Part shown: one piece after another, positions 1 to 11,099 of the stretch
Position numbering within the stretch: position 1 is the first letter of the stretch
Layout of the letters: every line of letters begins with the position of its first letter
Assembly (NCBI RefSeq): GCF_004010195.1
Contig: NC_057718.1
Location: forward strand, 57,646,660-57,688,973
Origin: Chiloscyllium plagiosum
Lineage: Eukaryota
Reading direction: 5' to 3'
DNA: 42,314 bases
Program-made: the position numbers and the translations under genes
The notes under the pieces: generated by a model
Database searches by the model: none
What the model saw: the letters and a program-made list of their open reading frames with translations, nothing else
Told to the model about the DNA's origin: nothing

Positions 1-1481
1 TAGTTAGTTTTAGCCTGACCGTTTTAATTTAATATGAACAGAAGTTCACTTTCCAGCCCATTGATCTACCCTGCCATGAACGATTATTATCAGGAACATA
101 AAATACTTTAACCATATATATTATTATATTTTGAAACTTCAATACCCATTTCAAATGATTTCCATTGTCTTGCATGCCTATTAGAACATTAACAATGATA
201 ATTTTATTCCACACAGTTAACATTGTCTGAACATCAGCTATTTTGTGGTGCACTAAAGAACTAAAATGTAAGGCTCACCAGAAAAACCCACCATTAAAAT
301 CAAGCAGTTACAAATAATTAAGAATAATTCTGAGTTTTTTTTTTGATATTCATTCAAGTATGAACATATTTTTGTTCAATTGGTGCACACTGCTAACATC
401 CACAAGGTGAAAAGCTGTTCAACTTGGCCATGGGAAAGCACTGAGTTAGCACAGCAAGTTGATACTAAAGCATCCAGATTAATAAATGAATTTGTACTGA
501 AGACAATTTTTGAAATTTCAATCTCAGCTACTCATTCAAGTTCACCCTATCACTTTTATCCTTTTAACTAACATAATCATCTAATATGGTTTGAAGGGAT
601 ACCTGAAATCAAATGGAACTAAGGAATAGGTGATGGACATATTAAAGGTTAAGTATGTGTTAATTAGGTAAATAATTATGGGGAGTTAGTAACCAATAGT
701 GAGGGTTTCATAGAGTATGGTTAATTGAAGCGAAGCACCCACTAAAAGTTTGGACTTGGATAGAGTTTAAAAACAAGGGTATTTTAGTGTATAATATCTT
801 CAGAAAGTTAATATTAACTACAAATTATTTATGCCCAAAATACTCTTGTATAATCCTATTATCACCTATATGGTTTTGGCCTGGCTATTTGCATTTGGGG
901 ATTCTGTTCACTTTGTGAAGTAGTTCCAGAGTTTTGCATTTTCCACATTTTGGTGAGTTGTTTGGCATTGCTTCAATGTATTTGACTGGATCTGGAACTG
1001 GACTCTTTGAAACAGATTGCCAGTAAATGGCTTCCAACAGAAGAATGATGACAAGCCAAATTTTTTCCAGATCACTCTATTTGAGGTGTGGTTGACAGCT
1101 GATTCTATGACTATTTTTTTCCATTAATACAAGGATCCCCTAGTGCTCAAATCCCATTTTAATCCTATATATAGAATTATTGAAATTACAGTTCAGAAGA
1201 AGGGAATTTAAGCTATCAAACTAATGTTAGTGCTAGCTCTTGAGCTCGAGTTGTCTGTTTTGAAACCAGTTGCCCTGCCCTTCCCACTGTCCTCTGTTTC
1301 TAAATATTCTTATTTGTTACAAATTCATGTCTATTGTAAACACCTTGATTTTGTGACATAAGTTACTCCTATACTGTTTCAGAATGTATTACGATATATA
1401 AAGTTGATATTACCTTTTATCTACTTACACAACTTTGCACCTTTGGTTATGCTATTTCATGTAATACTGGTATCATTAATA

Positions 1482-2268
1482 ACAGTAGACAATAGGTGCA
1501 GGAGTAGGCCATTCTGCCCTTCGAGCCTACACCACCATTCAATATGATCATGGCTGATCATCCTTAATCAGTATCCTGTTCCTGCCTTATCTCCATAACC
1601 CTTGATTCCACTATCCTTGAGAGCTCTACCCAACTCTTTCTTAAATGAACCCAGAGACTGGGCCTCCACTGCCCTCTGGGGAAGAGCATTCCACACAGCC
1701 ACCACTCTCTGGGTGAACAAGTTTCTCCTCATCTCTGTCCTAAATGATCTACCCCGTATTTTTAAGCTGTGTCCTCAGGTTCGGTACTCACCCATCAGCG
1801 GAAACATGTTTCCTGCCTCCAGAGTGTCCAATCCTCTAATAATCTTATATGTCTCAATCCATATCCCCTCTACCTTACACTGAAAGACTGGAGCGACTGG
1901 GCTTGTATACCCTTGAGTTTAGAAGACTGAGAGGGGGTTTGATTGAGACATATAAGATTATTAAAGGATTGCCTTCCTGTTCTTGCCACCAAAGTGGATA
2001 AGCATACATTTATCCACATTAAACTGCATCTGCCGTGCATCTGACCACTCACCTAACCTGTCCAGGTCACCCTGTAATCTCCTAACATCCTCCTCACATT
2101 TCACCCTGCCACCCAGCTTAGTATCATCAGCAAATTTGCTAATGTTATTACTAATACCATCTTCTATATCATTAATATATATTGTAAAAAGCTGCGGTCC
2201 CAGCGCTGATCCCTGCGGTACCCCACTGGTCACTGCCTGCCATTCCGAAATGGAGCCGTTTATCACTA
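1482..2268 (-). mobile_element. Rearranged CR1-clade LINE 3' fragment with an internal inverted segment (1871-1971)
   Basis: RT motifs SGVPQGSALGP and SKFADDTKLGG on minus (1972-2266); CR1 3' tail at 1482-1870; plus-strand piece reading PYTERLERLGLYTLEFRRLRGGLIETYKII. Confidence 0.9.
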
Positions 2269-3334
2269 CATGTAGTGTGCACTTTTTCTCTCAAACTGTT
2301 CATCCAAGCGTACCTGCATTATGTACTTTAGCTGATCTCAACCCTATTTTTGACATTTTGGAGTACATTTGGGATGGTGTTCAAGTAACATTCAAAGATA
2401 CTTCACAAGTGTCTTCCAAACAGACAAAAGGTTGTTCTGCATTGAATCCAGTACAAAGAAACAATGATTAAAAACATGGGGATGAATTTATAATGACAAA
2501 TACATTAATCAGAAATGCACATCAGGCAATCATAGAACATTTCTGACAACTTCCCATAAAATAATTTTTAACAGCATTCACAACAGGTAAACAAAATTTC
2601 ACTTAGTACAATTTTGTGAAGTTATTCCATTCTACAACTTCCAGTTCAGCGAAAGGTGCTCTGTAATACTTACAGGGCTCATGACTCAGAACTGTGGAAA
2701 TAAACATCTTATTTCTGCAGTTATCCACTGTAAGGTCTTTAGAGAGTTGAACAGTGATATGGAGAATTAGTTAATGGGTTTTCAGAGCTAAAAAGGGAAT
2801 TTTGAGGAGGATTGGCAAGGTATTTCAGAAAAGAAGCTGTAATATACTATCAGGCGATTGTGCTGTGAGGTCTTGTCCTACTGTTCCTGTTTCTGAGTGA
2901 GAACTGTGGATTCAAGGCTTACCCTAGAATTTGCTGGCCAAGAAAGGTGTCCATAATGTGGCCAAACAGATGGAACCTGCAAATCTTTCCAGTTTATCCC
3001 AATGGCAGTGGAATAAGAATAGTAAGATCTGCAGATTCAAACCTGTTAATGTAATTGGTCTTGTGCACTCGCAAAGAAAGTGGTATTGAAAGCGACAGAC
3101 TCTTTTATATACTGCTCAATTTGTTTTCTCTATTGACTTCAACACAGTTATATCACAAACACAGGAACAAAGGTTTGAACGTTCTGTAATTTTTCCTCTT
3201 CCACTGAAGTTAAAAAGAGAAAGTGAAAAATTCATTACGGACATTCTGCTGTTACACTTTAATTTTTATATCCATTGCCATTAAATGGTACTCCTGGCAG
3301 GAACAACTTCCTTTGCCAACTTGACAGAGTTACT

Positions 3335-3835
3335 TTTTTGAACCATGGCAACCTACATGGTGAAGGTACAGCCACACAGTGTGGTTTGGGACCAAGTTCC
3401 AGAATTTTGACAAAGGAATAGCCACGTCAGTATGGTATACGTCTTGGAGAAGAACATGCAGGTAATGTGTTCTCTTGTGTCTATTCCTTTACCTTCGTCC
3501 TTCTAAGTGGTAGTGTTTGTAAGTTCAGAAGGCGCTATCAAAAGTGTTGTTGAGTTACCGCAGTGGATCTTGTAATGGCACACGCTGCTACCACCATGTG
3601 CTGGATATTGAGGGAGTGTATCACGTGGTGGCTATGCGGCCAGTCAAGTGGGCTTCTTTGTCCTGGATGGTGTCAGAGTTTTTTGAATGTTATTGGGGTT
3701 TTTTTTTTAGGGAAATGGAGAGTCTTCCATCACACTCCTGCCTTGTGCCTTATTGATATTGGACTGACTTTGGGGAGACAGGAGTTGAGTTGCTGTCTCC
3801 AGAATTCCCAGCAACTCATAGCCACAGTATTAGTG
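3335..3835 (-). mobile_element. Decayed LINE 3' fragment, same family as 3985-4617 and 30170-30880
   Basis: Blocks such as TTCCATCACACTCCTG and CAGAATTCCCAG are shared with 30170-30880 and are complementary to 3985-4617. Confidence 0.65.
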
Positions 3836-3984
3836 GTCTGAATTTTGTGGCAAGGCTCATGTTTCTATTGAAGTGGGAGTTGCTTCTGTTTGGGAGGAGT
3901 TCATGCTAGTGAATGCAATTTAGCTGCAGCAATTATTCAGTCTGAAGTGACCAATTAATTGCTGGAAGCTGTGAGAGAATCTAA

Positions 3985-4617
3985 TCAACTCCCCTTGACA
4001 TTGATCAGAATCACCATCAACATTCCAAGTATTAGCATTGACCAGATACACCAATATAAATCCTGTGGCTACTAGAGTAATTCAGAGACTGGGAATTCTA
4101 TAGGGTATAATCCATCTGATTCTCCAATGCCTCACCACTTACAAAAGTTAGGAATGTGACAGGATACTCTTCATTTGACTGGATGAGTGCTGATCCACAA
4201 ACCCAAGAGGCTTGACACCATCTAAGTCAAGGCAATCCACTTGATCAGCACCCCATCCAACATCTTCAAAATTCACTCTCTCCATCACCAACGCACATTG
4301 GCAGTATGATCTACCATCTATAATATGCACTGCAGCATCTCACTACAGCACCTTCCAAAAACATTACTACCATCTGGAAGGACAATGGGAACACCACCAG
4401 CCAGTTCCCCTCCAAGTCGCAAACCACCCTTACTTGGAACGACATCATGGTTCCTTCACTGATACTGGGTCAAAGCTTAGAACTTCCTAACAGCACTGTG
4501 GGTGGTCTATATCAGACAAAACAGCAGCAATACAAGATTGTGGCTCACTAACTCAAGGAAAATTAGAGCTGAGCAATAAATGCTAGCTTTAAAGTGATGC
4601 TCACACCCCATGAAAAT
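3985..4617 (+). mobile_element. Decayed LINE 3' fragment with tail ...GCAATAAATGCTAGC
   Basis: Degenerate ORF2 C-terminus; 3' tail shared with 29440-29585 and with the SINE at 27430-27915. Confidence 0.65.
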
Positions 4618-4722
4618 ATTTTCAAAAAGCTGTTCAGTCCCTTGAACCTGTTTTTGCATTCAGTGAGATCAATACTCACCTATGCTATAATTCCACATAC
4701 CTGCCTTTGTCAATATTCCATA

Positions 4723-4916
4723 CAGTCAGTTCTTCTTTAACACAGTGATTGTGTTTTTGTGCAACACCACGTAACAGAAAAATCACGGTTTAGAAATAGC
4801 ACTTAAAGTATTGGCACACATTTTAAGTTTTTACATTTTAGAAACAATGTCCCCACTTTGTCAATCACGTTAGTGAATTCGTGTTAATGATAAATGTGTT
4901 AAAGAGGAACAACCTG
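4723..4916. mobile_element. TA-flanked Tc1/mariner (pogo/Tigger-like) MITE
   Basis: TA|CAGTCAGTTCTTCTTTAACACA ... TGTGTTAAAGAGGAACAACCTG|TA: imperfect ~22-bp TIRs with TA duplication; interrupts a CR1 tail fragment (~4630-5050). Confidence 0.75.
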
Positions 4917-5406
4917 TACCTTTTATTAATAAAAAACTAATTAATGACCAATCCAGCATCAGTTGACATTTGTTGAAGAGAGTTCCAAGCTTCTCCCACC
5001 CTTTACATGAAGAAATATTTCCAAATTTCACTCTGGAAAGATCTGGCTTTGATTTGTTGACTGTACTCCCAATGCTGTGAAAATGTTTCATTGGTTGTAA
5101 AGCACTTTGGAATATCTTGTGTATGTGAAAAGGTGTCACACAAATGAAAGTCTTTTTTGCTGAAGGCCTTTATAACTTTCTGACAGTGTGGTGCCCAGAG
5201 CTGGACATGCAATGAATGCCAGTTCTAGTTGGCACAAAGAGCATGCATGCATGAAGTAACCCTCAACGTAATTACGAAGTGATGGTTTAATGCTAGGGTT
5301 AGGCAACTGAGCCAGTCTCTGAAATCTGCTGGAAATTTCCATTGGAAGTGTCATACAGGAGTTTGTGACAAAATGCTTCCTTGGCTGCTGGCCATTTGTT
5401 ACACAT

Positions 5407-5487
5407 GCCTTACAATGGTCAATGGCCTCCCTGCCTGAGTAAGAGCCTTACAATGGTCAATGGCCTCCCTGCCCGAGTAAGAGCCTT
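5407..5487 (+). repeat. 38-bp tandem duplication (2 copies plus 5 bp)
   Basis: GCCTTACAATGGTCAATGGCCTCCCTGCCYGAGTAAGA x2 with one mismatch. Confidence 0.95.
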
Positions 5488-7198
5488 TTCTGGAGCTGAG
5501 AGACTGTGGACAGGGGCTGGTACTATAAATGCTCTGGTTCCCCTGTTCCTTCTGAACTCTCTCACCACCTTCTTGTCCAGTTCCAGCATCCAAGCACAGG
5601 CCTCCTGGTTTGTGGAAAGCCCTCTCCCTGAACAGCATAGTGACTAGGGACAGCTGTGCAATGAGCAGATACTGCCGAGGAAGGGAAGCTCCTGTTAGTG
5701 AGCCCCAATGTCCACCTCAGTCACAGCCTCTTCTTCCCCATCACTCCCAGCCTCCTCCTCAACTTCAACCAATGCAAAAGGGAGCAACATTAGCAGCTCA
5801 TGTGCAATCCCGATGGCCCCATTGGGACTGTCCTTGAATACGCTGCTCCTGAGGTCACGGAGCAAGGAACATGTGGTCATCTGATGTGCACGTACAGATG
5901 CATCCTGGAATGCGGATGTCAACTGTGCACACTCACTAACATCTACAGCTAGCTGATGTCATGGCCCACATCTGCACATGCACAGAAGCCATTTGATATT
6001 TTGGATAGTCACTACAGACACTAATCCAGTTGGAATCTGACCCGTTCCTGTAAAGATTTTATTCAACCTCTTTGCATTTTACTCTGACACTATTTATAAA
6101 ACCAAGAATTCCATATGCTTTAACAGTCCTCTCAAACGGTCTTGCTACCTTCTAAGACTTTTGCACCTAATTATATAGAAACAGAGTATTTTGTACTTTC
6201 AAGTAATTATGCCAGTGCAACTAAACCCTGATGTACAATGCACATGGTTCAACACTGCTTCAGCATTCTTTTGGAAAAAAAAAGTCCTTCAGTTTTTTGG
6301 CATTTCATTTCTCTCTTGTGTTTTTGCTTTTCAAAAGTACTTTTTATCTCTTTACTTCCCTCTTTTTTGCCTCTGATTTTTTTTCATGATCAGCAAAAGG
6401 TAAAGTCAGTTATGATTCAGAAAATTTCAAAGCAACTCATCTCGTTAAGGTAGATTTTTCTGTCAGGTCCAGTCTATTCATAAAACTGATCTCCCCTCTC
6501 TTTTTCATGATTCAGGCCAAGGAACTATTGTAGCCAAGAGTATGAGTGACCAGCTTCCAGGCCTCCTTCAATGCAGCATGTGATGAGCTGTTTTGGAACT
6601 GAGTGGTTCTCTCAAATGATTCTCCTCCCTTACAACTCTGGCTGAACTCTTTGCAACAGCAGCATTCACAGGATTGGAAATTAGTTTCAGAGAGGCTATG
6701 GGTTCAAACCATATTCCAGTACATAACCATCATCTGACATTTCTTACTGATCCACTGCACTATTTTTACTTGCATAGAACTCTTCACTGTATTAACATGT
6801 ACAATATTGTTTGGAAAACACAGGGAACATTCTGAAAGACATCAGAAGTGACACTGGCTGACTTCCCTGCTTGAACTCTATATTCTGCTGGAGACTCACG
6901 GATCAAGTACTCTGAGTTTTCCAAGTGGCGAGAGAACATGAAGCATTAAAAGAGCTTCCAAACCAGTATGAAACAGAACAAAAAGATAAAAACTCAGTAA
7001 AAATAAATCAGTCTACTGACTGGAATACAAATAAACCAGTTTGTACTCTAATTACAAATCTTTTGTTTTTGCAACAGAGGGAAAACATATAAATAATTAT
7101 ACATGTCCACTGAGTATTATGCAAGAAAGTGCAAATACTGCTGTTAATGTTTGTATCCCAGGAACAATTAAAATCAAGTTACTGAGCTGCTGTCTTAC

Positions 7199-7444
7199 CT
7201 TTACATTGGTTTTGTTCATTAAATGCAAACCCATATGGACATCGATGCGGCTGTAAGTGAGGGAAAATTGCATACGACTGTTGAGTGGGAACAGGAGCAC
7301 GACCAGGAACAGCAGGAGGAGCCGTCGTCACATTGTTCAGGAAAACAACAGCTGTTTTAGGCAGGCATAAGTATCCTCCATAATGATTTATACATTTCAT
7401 TTCTCCCTTGCAAGCATCTGGGATGGTCTCACATTCATCAATAT
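7199..7444 (-). CDS. EFEMP1: Fibulin-3-like, third coding exon: modified cbEGF domain with Pro-rich insertion ([32 protein letters not shown]...[14 protein letters not shown])
   Basis: 246-nt phase 1-1 exon; acceptor ttatcag|AT, donor AAAG|gtaaga; in frame with the upstream exon. Calcium-binding EGF consensus and short-fibulin signature [13 protein letters not shown]. Confidence 0.93.
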
Positions 7445-7769
7445 CTGATAACCAACAAAATGTTTACTTAACAGAGAAAAGTGGACAGAGCAGTCACTAA
7501 TGGGTCAGATTTTGTTGGCATGTCCTGTTCAACAGATTTGATTCATCAAGATTAGACTTTAATCGTATTTTACCCTACAAATTTGTTTGAAATATGAGCT
7601 GATGACAGTATAGCAGAACCAACAGGTCATCTCGGGCCTGAGTGTGTAACAGGACTAACAATGTGTCTCCATAGCCAATGGGATCAGACAATTAAGGAAG
7701 AAACAGAGGAAGGACTCAAAGAGGTTTGCTGTTCCATCAAATTGGGTACAGAAAGAGTACAAGAACTAT

Positions 7770-8410
7770 TGCAACATGAAAAATGTACAACAGAGAAGGA
7801 GACCATTCAGCCAAGGGGGTCTGTTCTGTCTGAAAAAAAAAGTAACCAGTGTAGTCCCACTTTGCCACTTTTGATCTGTATCCCAGAACAGTACAGAGTT
7901 CCAATTACACATCCAAGATTGTTTTATGTATTAAGAGTTCCTACATGATGTGGCTTTCAAGCAGAGAGTTCCAGGCCATCCTACCGTCTGGTGAATTTTT
8001 TTCTCACATCCACTCTAATCCTTCTGCCCATTATTTTAAGCCTAGACATCTTGGTTATTGGTCTCTCTGCTATGGAACTAGCTCCTAGGCCCCTCATAAA
8101 TTCAACTCTTTTTTCCCTTAGCCTCCTTTGTTCAAAAGAGAACAAATTCAAACTATCCAACCTCACTTCATAGCTAAGATTGTCTTGTCCTGGCAACATC
8201 CATGGTGACCAGAGCTATACACAATTCGCTGGCAGTAACATAAATAGTGTCCTACAGCATAGCCTCCCTATTCATATTCTATGCCATAAGTAAAAATTGG
8301 AAGTACACTTTTTTTCAACTATTTTATCCAATTTAACCTGCTCAGTTATCATCAGCAATCTGTGGGCCTACATTCTAAGATCCTTCTGTAACTCTACACT
8401 TACTCAGTAC
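7770..8410 (-). mobile_element. Decayed CR1 LINE 3' fragment
   Basis: Minus-strand MLPGQDNLSYEVRLDSLNLFSFEQRRLR is the CR1 ORF2 C-terminal motif; tail near 7770. Confidence 0.8.
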
Positions 8411-8414
8411 ATCA

Positions 8415-9330
8415 CTTGTGATTTTGATCAGCGCTGATTCAGTACTGTGGCTGTGGCCAAAGCTTATATAAAAGGATACTGACATGGGAAAGATGGTTAA
8501 GATTTGGGAGGACTTGGGATGAATTTCAGACAACATGCTCAAGGACTTCTGAGGAAAGGGAGATTGGAAATAGGGCAGTAGTTTGCAAGGATAGTGGGAC
8601 CCTGTGCTGAAATAAAAGCAAATTACTGCAGATGCTGGATATCTGAAACCAAAAGAGAAAATGTTCGAAAATCTCAGCAGGTCTGGCAGCATCTGTAAGG
8701 AAAGAAAAGAGCTGACGTTTCGAGTCTAACTGACCCTTTGTCAAAGTTTTGAGAAAGGGTCGGTTAGACTCAAAACGTCAGCTCTTTTCTCTCCTTACAG
8801 ATGCTGCCAGACCTGCTGAGATTTTCCAGCATTTTCTCTCTTTGGGTTGGGGACCCTGTGTTGGTTTGGTTTTGTGGACAGTATTTGACAATGTTAAATT
8901 TGAAAAGATGGACAACACTTGAGAGAGAGAGTGAAAGGGAGCAGCTAACATGGGATTCAGGAGGGCATATATTAGGTGGATATCAGTTCAGTGGAAGGAA
9001 GTAAATCTCATGCTCAAGATAAACTCAAAGAAGGAGGACAGAGGAGTGAATCTAAAGAAAGATGCAAGTTCAGGGCTAACATAGCAAAGAAATGACTGCA
9101 TTTTGCCAAGAGATTTGTCAAGTTAGCTGTGGGAGGAAGGGACCTGGCCAAGATCGGATGGTCTTAATCTTAGCAGCAAGGAGATCTTTGAGCTCCTCAC
9201 ATATATCTTTTAAGGTGAGAGTGAGGGACAGGGGAGAAGGGTTTAAGAAGACAGCTAGCAGTCACAAAAAGAAACGGGAGGTGGAACACTGAGCAGTTTA
9301 ACATGTGACAGCAAGACCAGGTAGTGTTTA
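8415..9330 (-). mobile_element. Old L2/CR1-group LINE RT fragment, interrupted by the palindromic element
   Basis: SFGHSHSTESALIKITSD resembles the RT motif GFRxxHSTETALxKVxND; heavily decayed; right boundary uncertain. Confidence 0.5.
8607..8849. mobile_element. Penelope-derived palindromic non-autonomous element
   Basis: ~97-bp inverted arms (8649-8745 / 8748-8845) with essentially no spacer; flanked by direct repeat GGGACCCTGTG (8596-8606, 8850-8860); arm text (GATGCTGCCAGACCTGCTG...TTTTCCAGCA) matches the Penelope termini at 39370-39400 and 42025-42055. Confidence 0.85.
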
Positions 9331-9489
9331 AGTGTCCAGCCAGATCTCTCAATGAATGGCTTACCCACCTGTTGCCTTTCAAATCTATCCGTTTGGACTT
9401 AAATGGGCAGACACCAGGTCCATACATGGAGGAACAGTCAAAGAGACACAAATGGTTTTATTGGGAGATAGGTGGAAGCGAGGCTGTAG

Positions 9490-10230
9490 CTCTATTGACC
9501 GTACCCTCAACTTGCCCTGCCACCTTTAATAATTTATGTACATATAGACCCATATCCTTCTGCTCCTGCACCTCCTTTAGAACTTTACCCTTTGTTCATA
9601 TTATCTCTCTGCCTTTTTCCTATCCATATGAAATATTTCACACTTCTTTGCAGTTCACAATGCTTCCACATTTTGCATCATCCACGAATTTTGAAATTAT
9701 GCACAATTATGCACTGTTCTCAATTTCCTGTCACACAGCCAATTTTATAACAATGTTGTCACCACCTCTGTTATTCCATAAGTTCTAACTTGGCCCACCA
9801 GTCTGTGCACTTTTTAAAATGCCTTCTGGAAGTCTACGTTCACCAAATCAGCAGCATTTTCCCTCATCTGCCCTCCCTCTCTACTACCTCAAAAATCTCA
9901 AGCATATTGGTTAAATATGATTTGTGTTCAGCAGGTCAATGCTGGTTTTATTTAATTAGCCTGTTTTTGTCCAAGTGACCATTAATTGTGTCCCAAATTT
10001 TCATTTCAAAATGTTTCCCTAACTCCAAGTTTAAACTGAGTGACCTGCGGTTTCTGGGCATATATATAAAATTCTTTTCTGAAGAAGAGTGCAAACATTT
10101 GTAATACTGCAGAACTCTGGCATCATGCTGGTACCGAAGGAAGATTGAAAAATGATGGCTTGTGGCTTTGCAATTTTATACTCTTGTTTGTTTTAATATC
10201 TTTGGATGTGTCTCATCCGGTCTCTGTCAC
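9490..10230 (-). mobile_element. Decayed CR1 RT fragments
   Basis: TTTGCATCATCCACGAATTT (KFVDDAK on minus) and AAATGCCTTCTGGAAGTCTACG (VDFQKAF on minus). Confidence 0.65.
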
Positions 10231-10244
10231 TTTATCAACTTTAA

Positions 10245-11030
10245 GCAGAGATGGACCATCCAACAACTCATCAATTTTGAACTGTTTAGATATCACATTC
10301 TACTCTGGTGCCTCCAACAAGTCATCCTTTTTCTTCAACCAAGGATTCCCCTCACTGTGCTTCACAGGGCCCTCAGCCATGTTGGACCCATCTTTCACTC
10401 CACTAGAACAATGACAGGGATCCCTTTATCCTCACTTTCAACCCCAGCTGTATCTGCATTCAAAGGATCGTCCTCTGCCATTTCTGATACCCCCATCAGG
10501 ATATCATTACCAACCACATCATCCCCTCCACTCCACTGTCAATATTCCACAGGAACTGATCCCTCTGTGACACCTTTGTCCACTCCTCCATCACTTCTAA
10601 CATTTCCTTACTCCCCATGCACCTTTGAATGCAATCACAGAGGATGTAACACTTGCTCTTTTATTTTCTCCCTCCTCTATGCCCAAGGCCGGAACATACG
10701 TTCCAGGTGATAAAGCATTTTACCTATATTTTTTCTAATTTAGTCTACAGCATTTGCCACTCACAATATGGCCTTGCTTACACTGGCGAGGCTAAGCACA
10801 GACTGATGACTGTTCTGTGAAACATCTCTGCTCTGTCATAACAATGACCCCAGCTTTCCAGTTACTTGACATTTCAATAAACCATCCTGCTCTCACGCTA
10901 ACATTTCCATCCTAGGCCTCCAATGGTGTTTCAATGAAGTTCAGTATCATCAGGAGGAACCACTCATTTCCATGTAAACACTTTACAGCCTCTACAGCTC
11001 AAGATTGAATTCAGCAACTTCACAACATGA
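10245..11030 (+). mobile_element. Decayed Penelope-like element (Neptune-like), ORF C-terminus with GIY-YIG endonuclease
   Basis: Cys motif CNHRGCNTC, then SNLVYSICHSQYGLAYTGEAKHRL (10734-10805, degenerate GIY-YIG) and terminal LKIEFSNF. Confidence 0.8.
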
Positions 11031-11099
11031 TTGCTGTCCTTCATTTTGGCTTTGTTTTCAACAAGGCAGACCCATTTTCTCTCTTTAATACCTGTTTAC

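Noticed and set aside
1983..2471. 162-aa plus-strand ORF and similar listed ORFs
   Set aside because: Antisense shadows of LINE RT or chance ORFs with no independent coding signal.
5407..5487. CRISPR-like array
   Set aside because: Two contiguous copies with no spacer in eukaryotic DNA; a simple tandem duplication.
1..7198. Further fibulin cbEGF exons
   Set aside because: No D-x-D-E-C exon with splice sites was found; the intron appears to continue past the window start.
8649..8845. pre-miRNA
   Set aside because: The hairpin is too long and near-perfect, is TSD-flanked, and matches Penelope termini.
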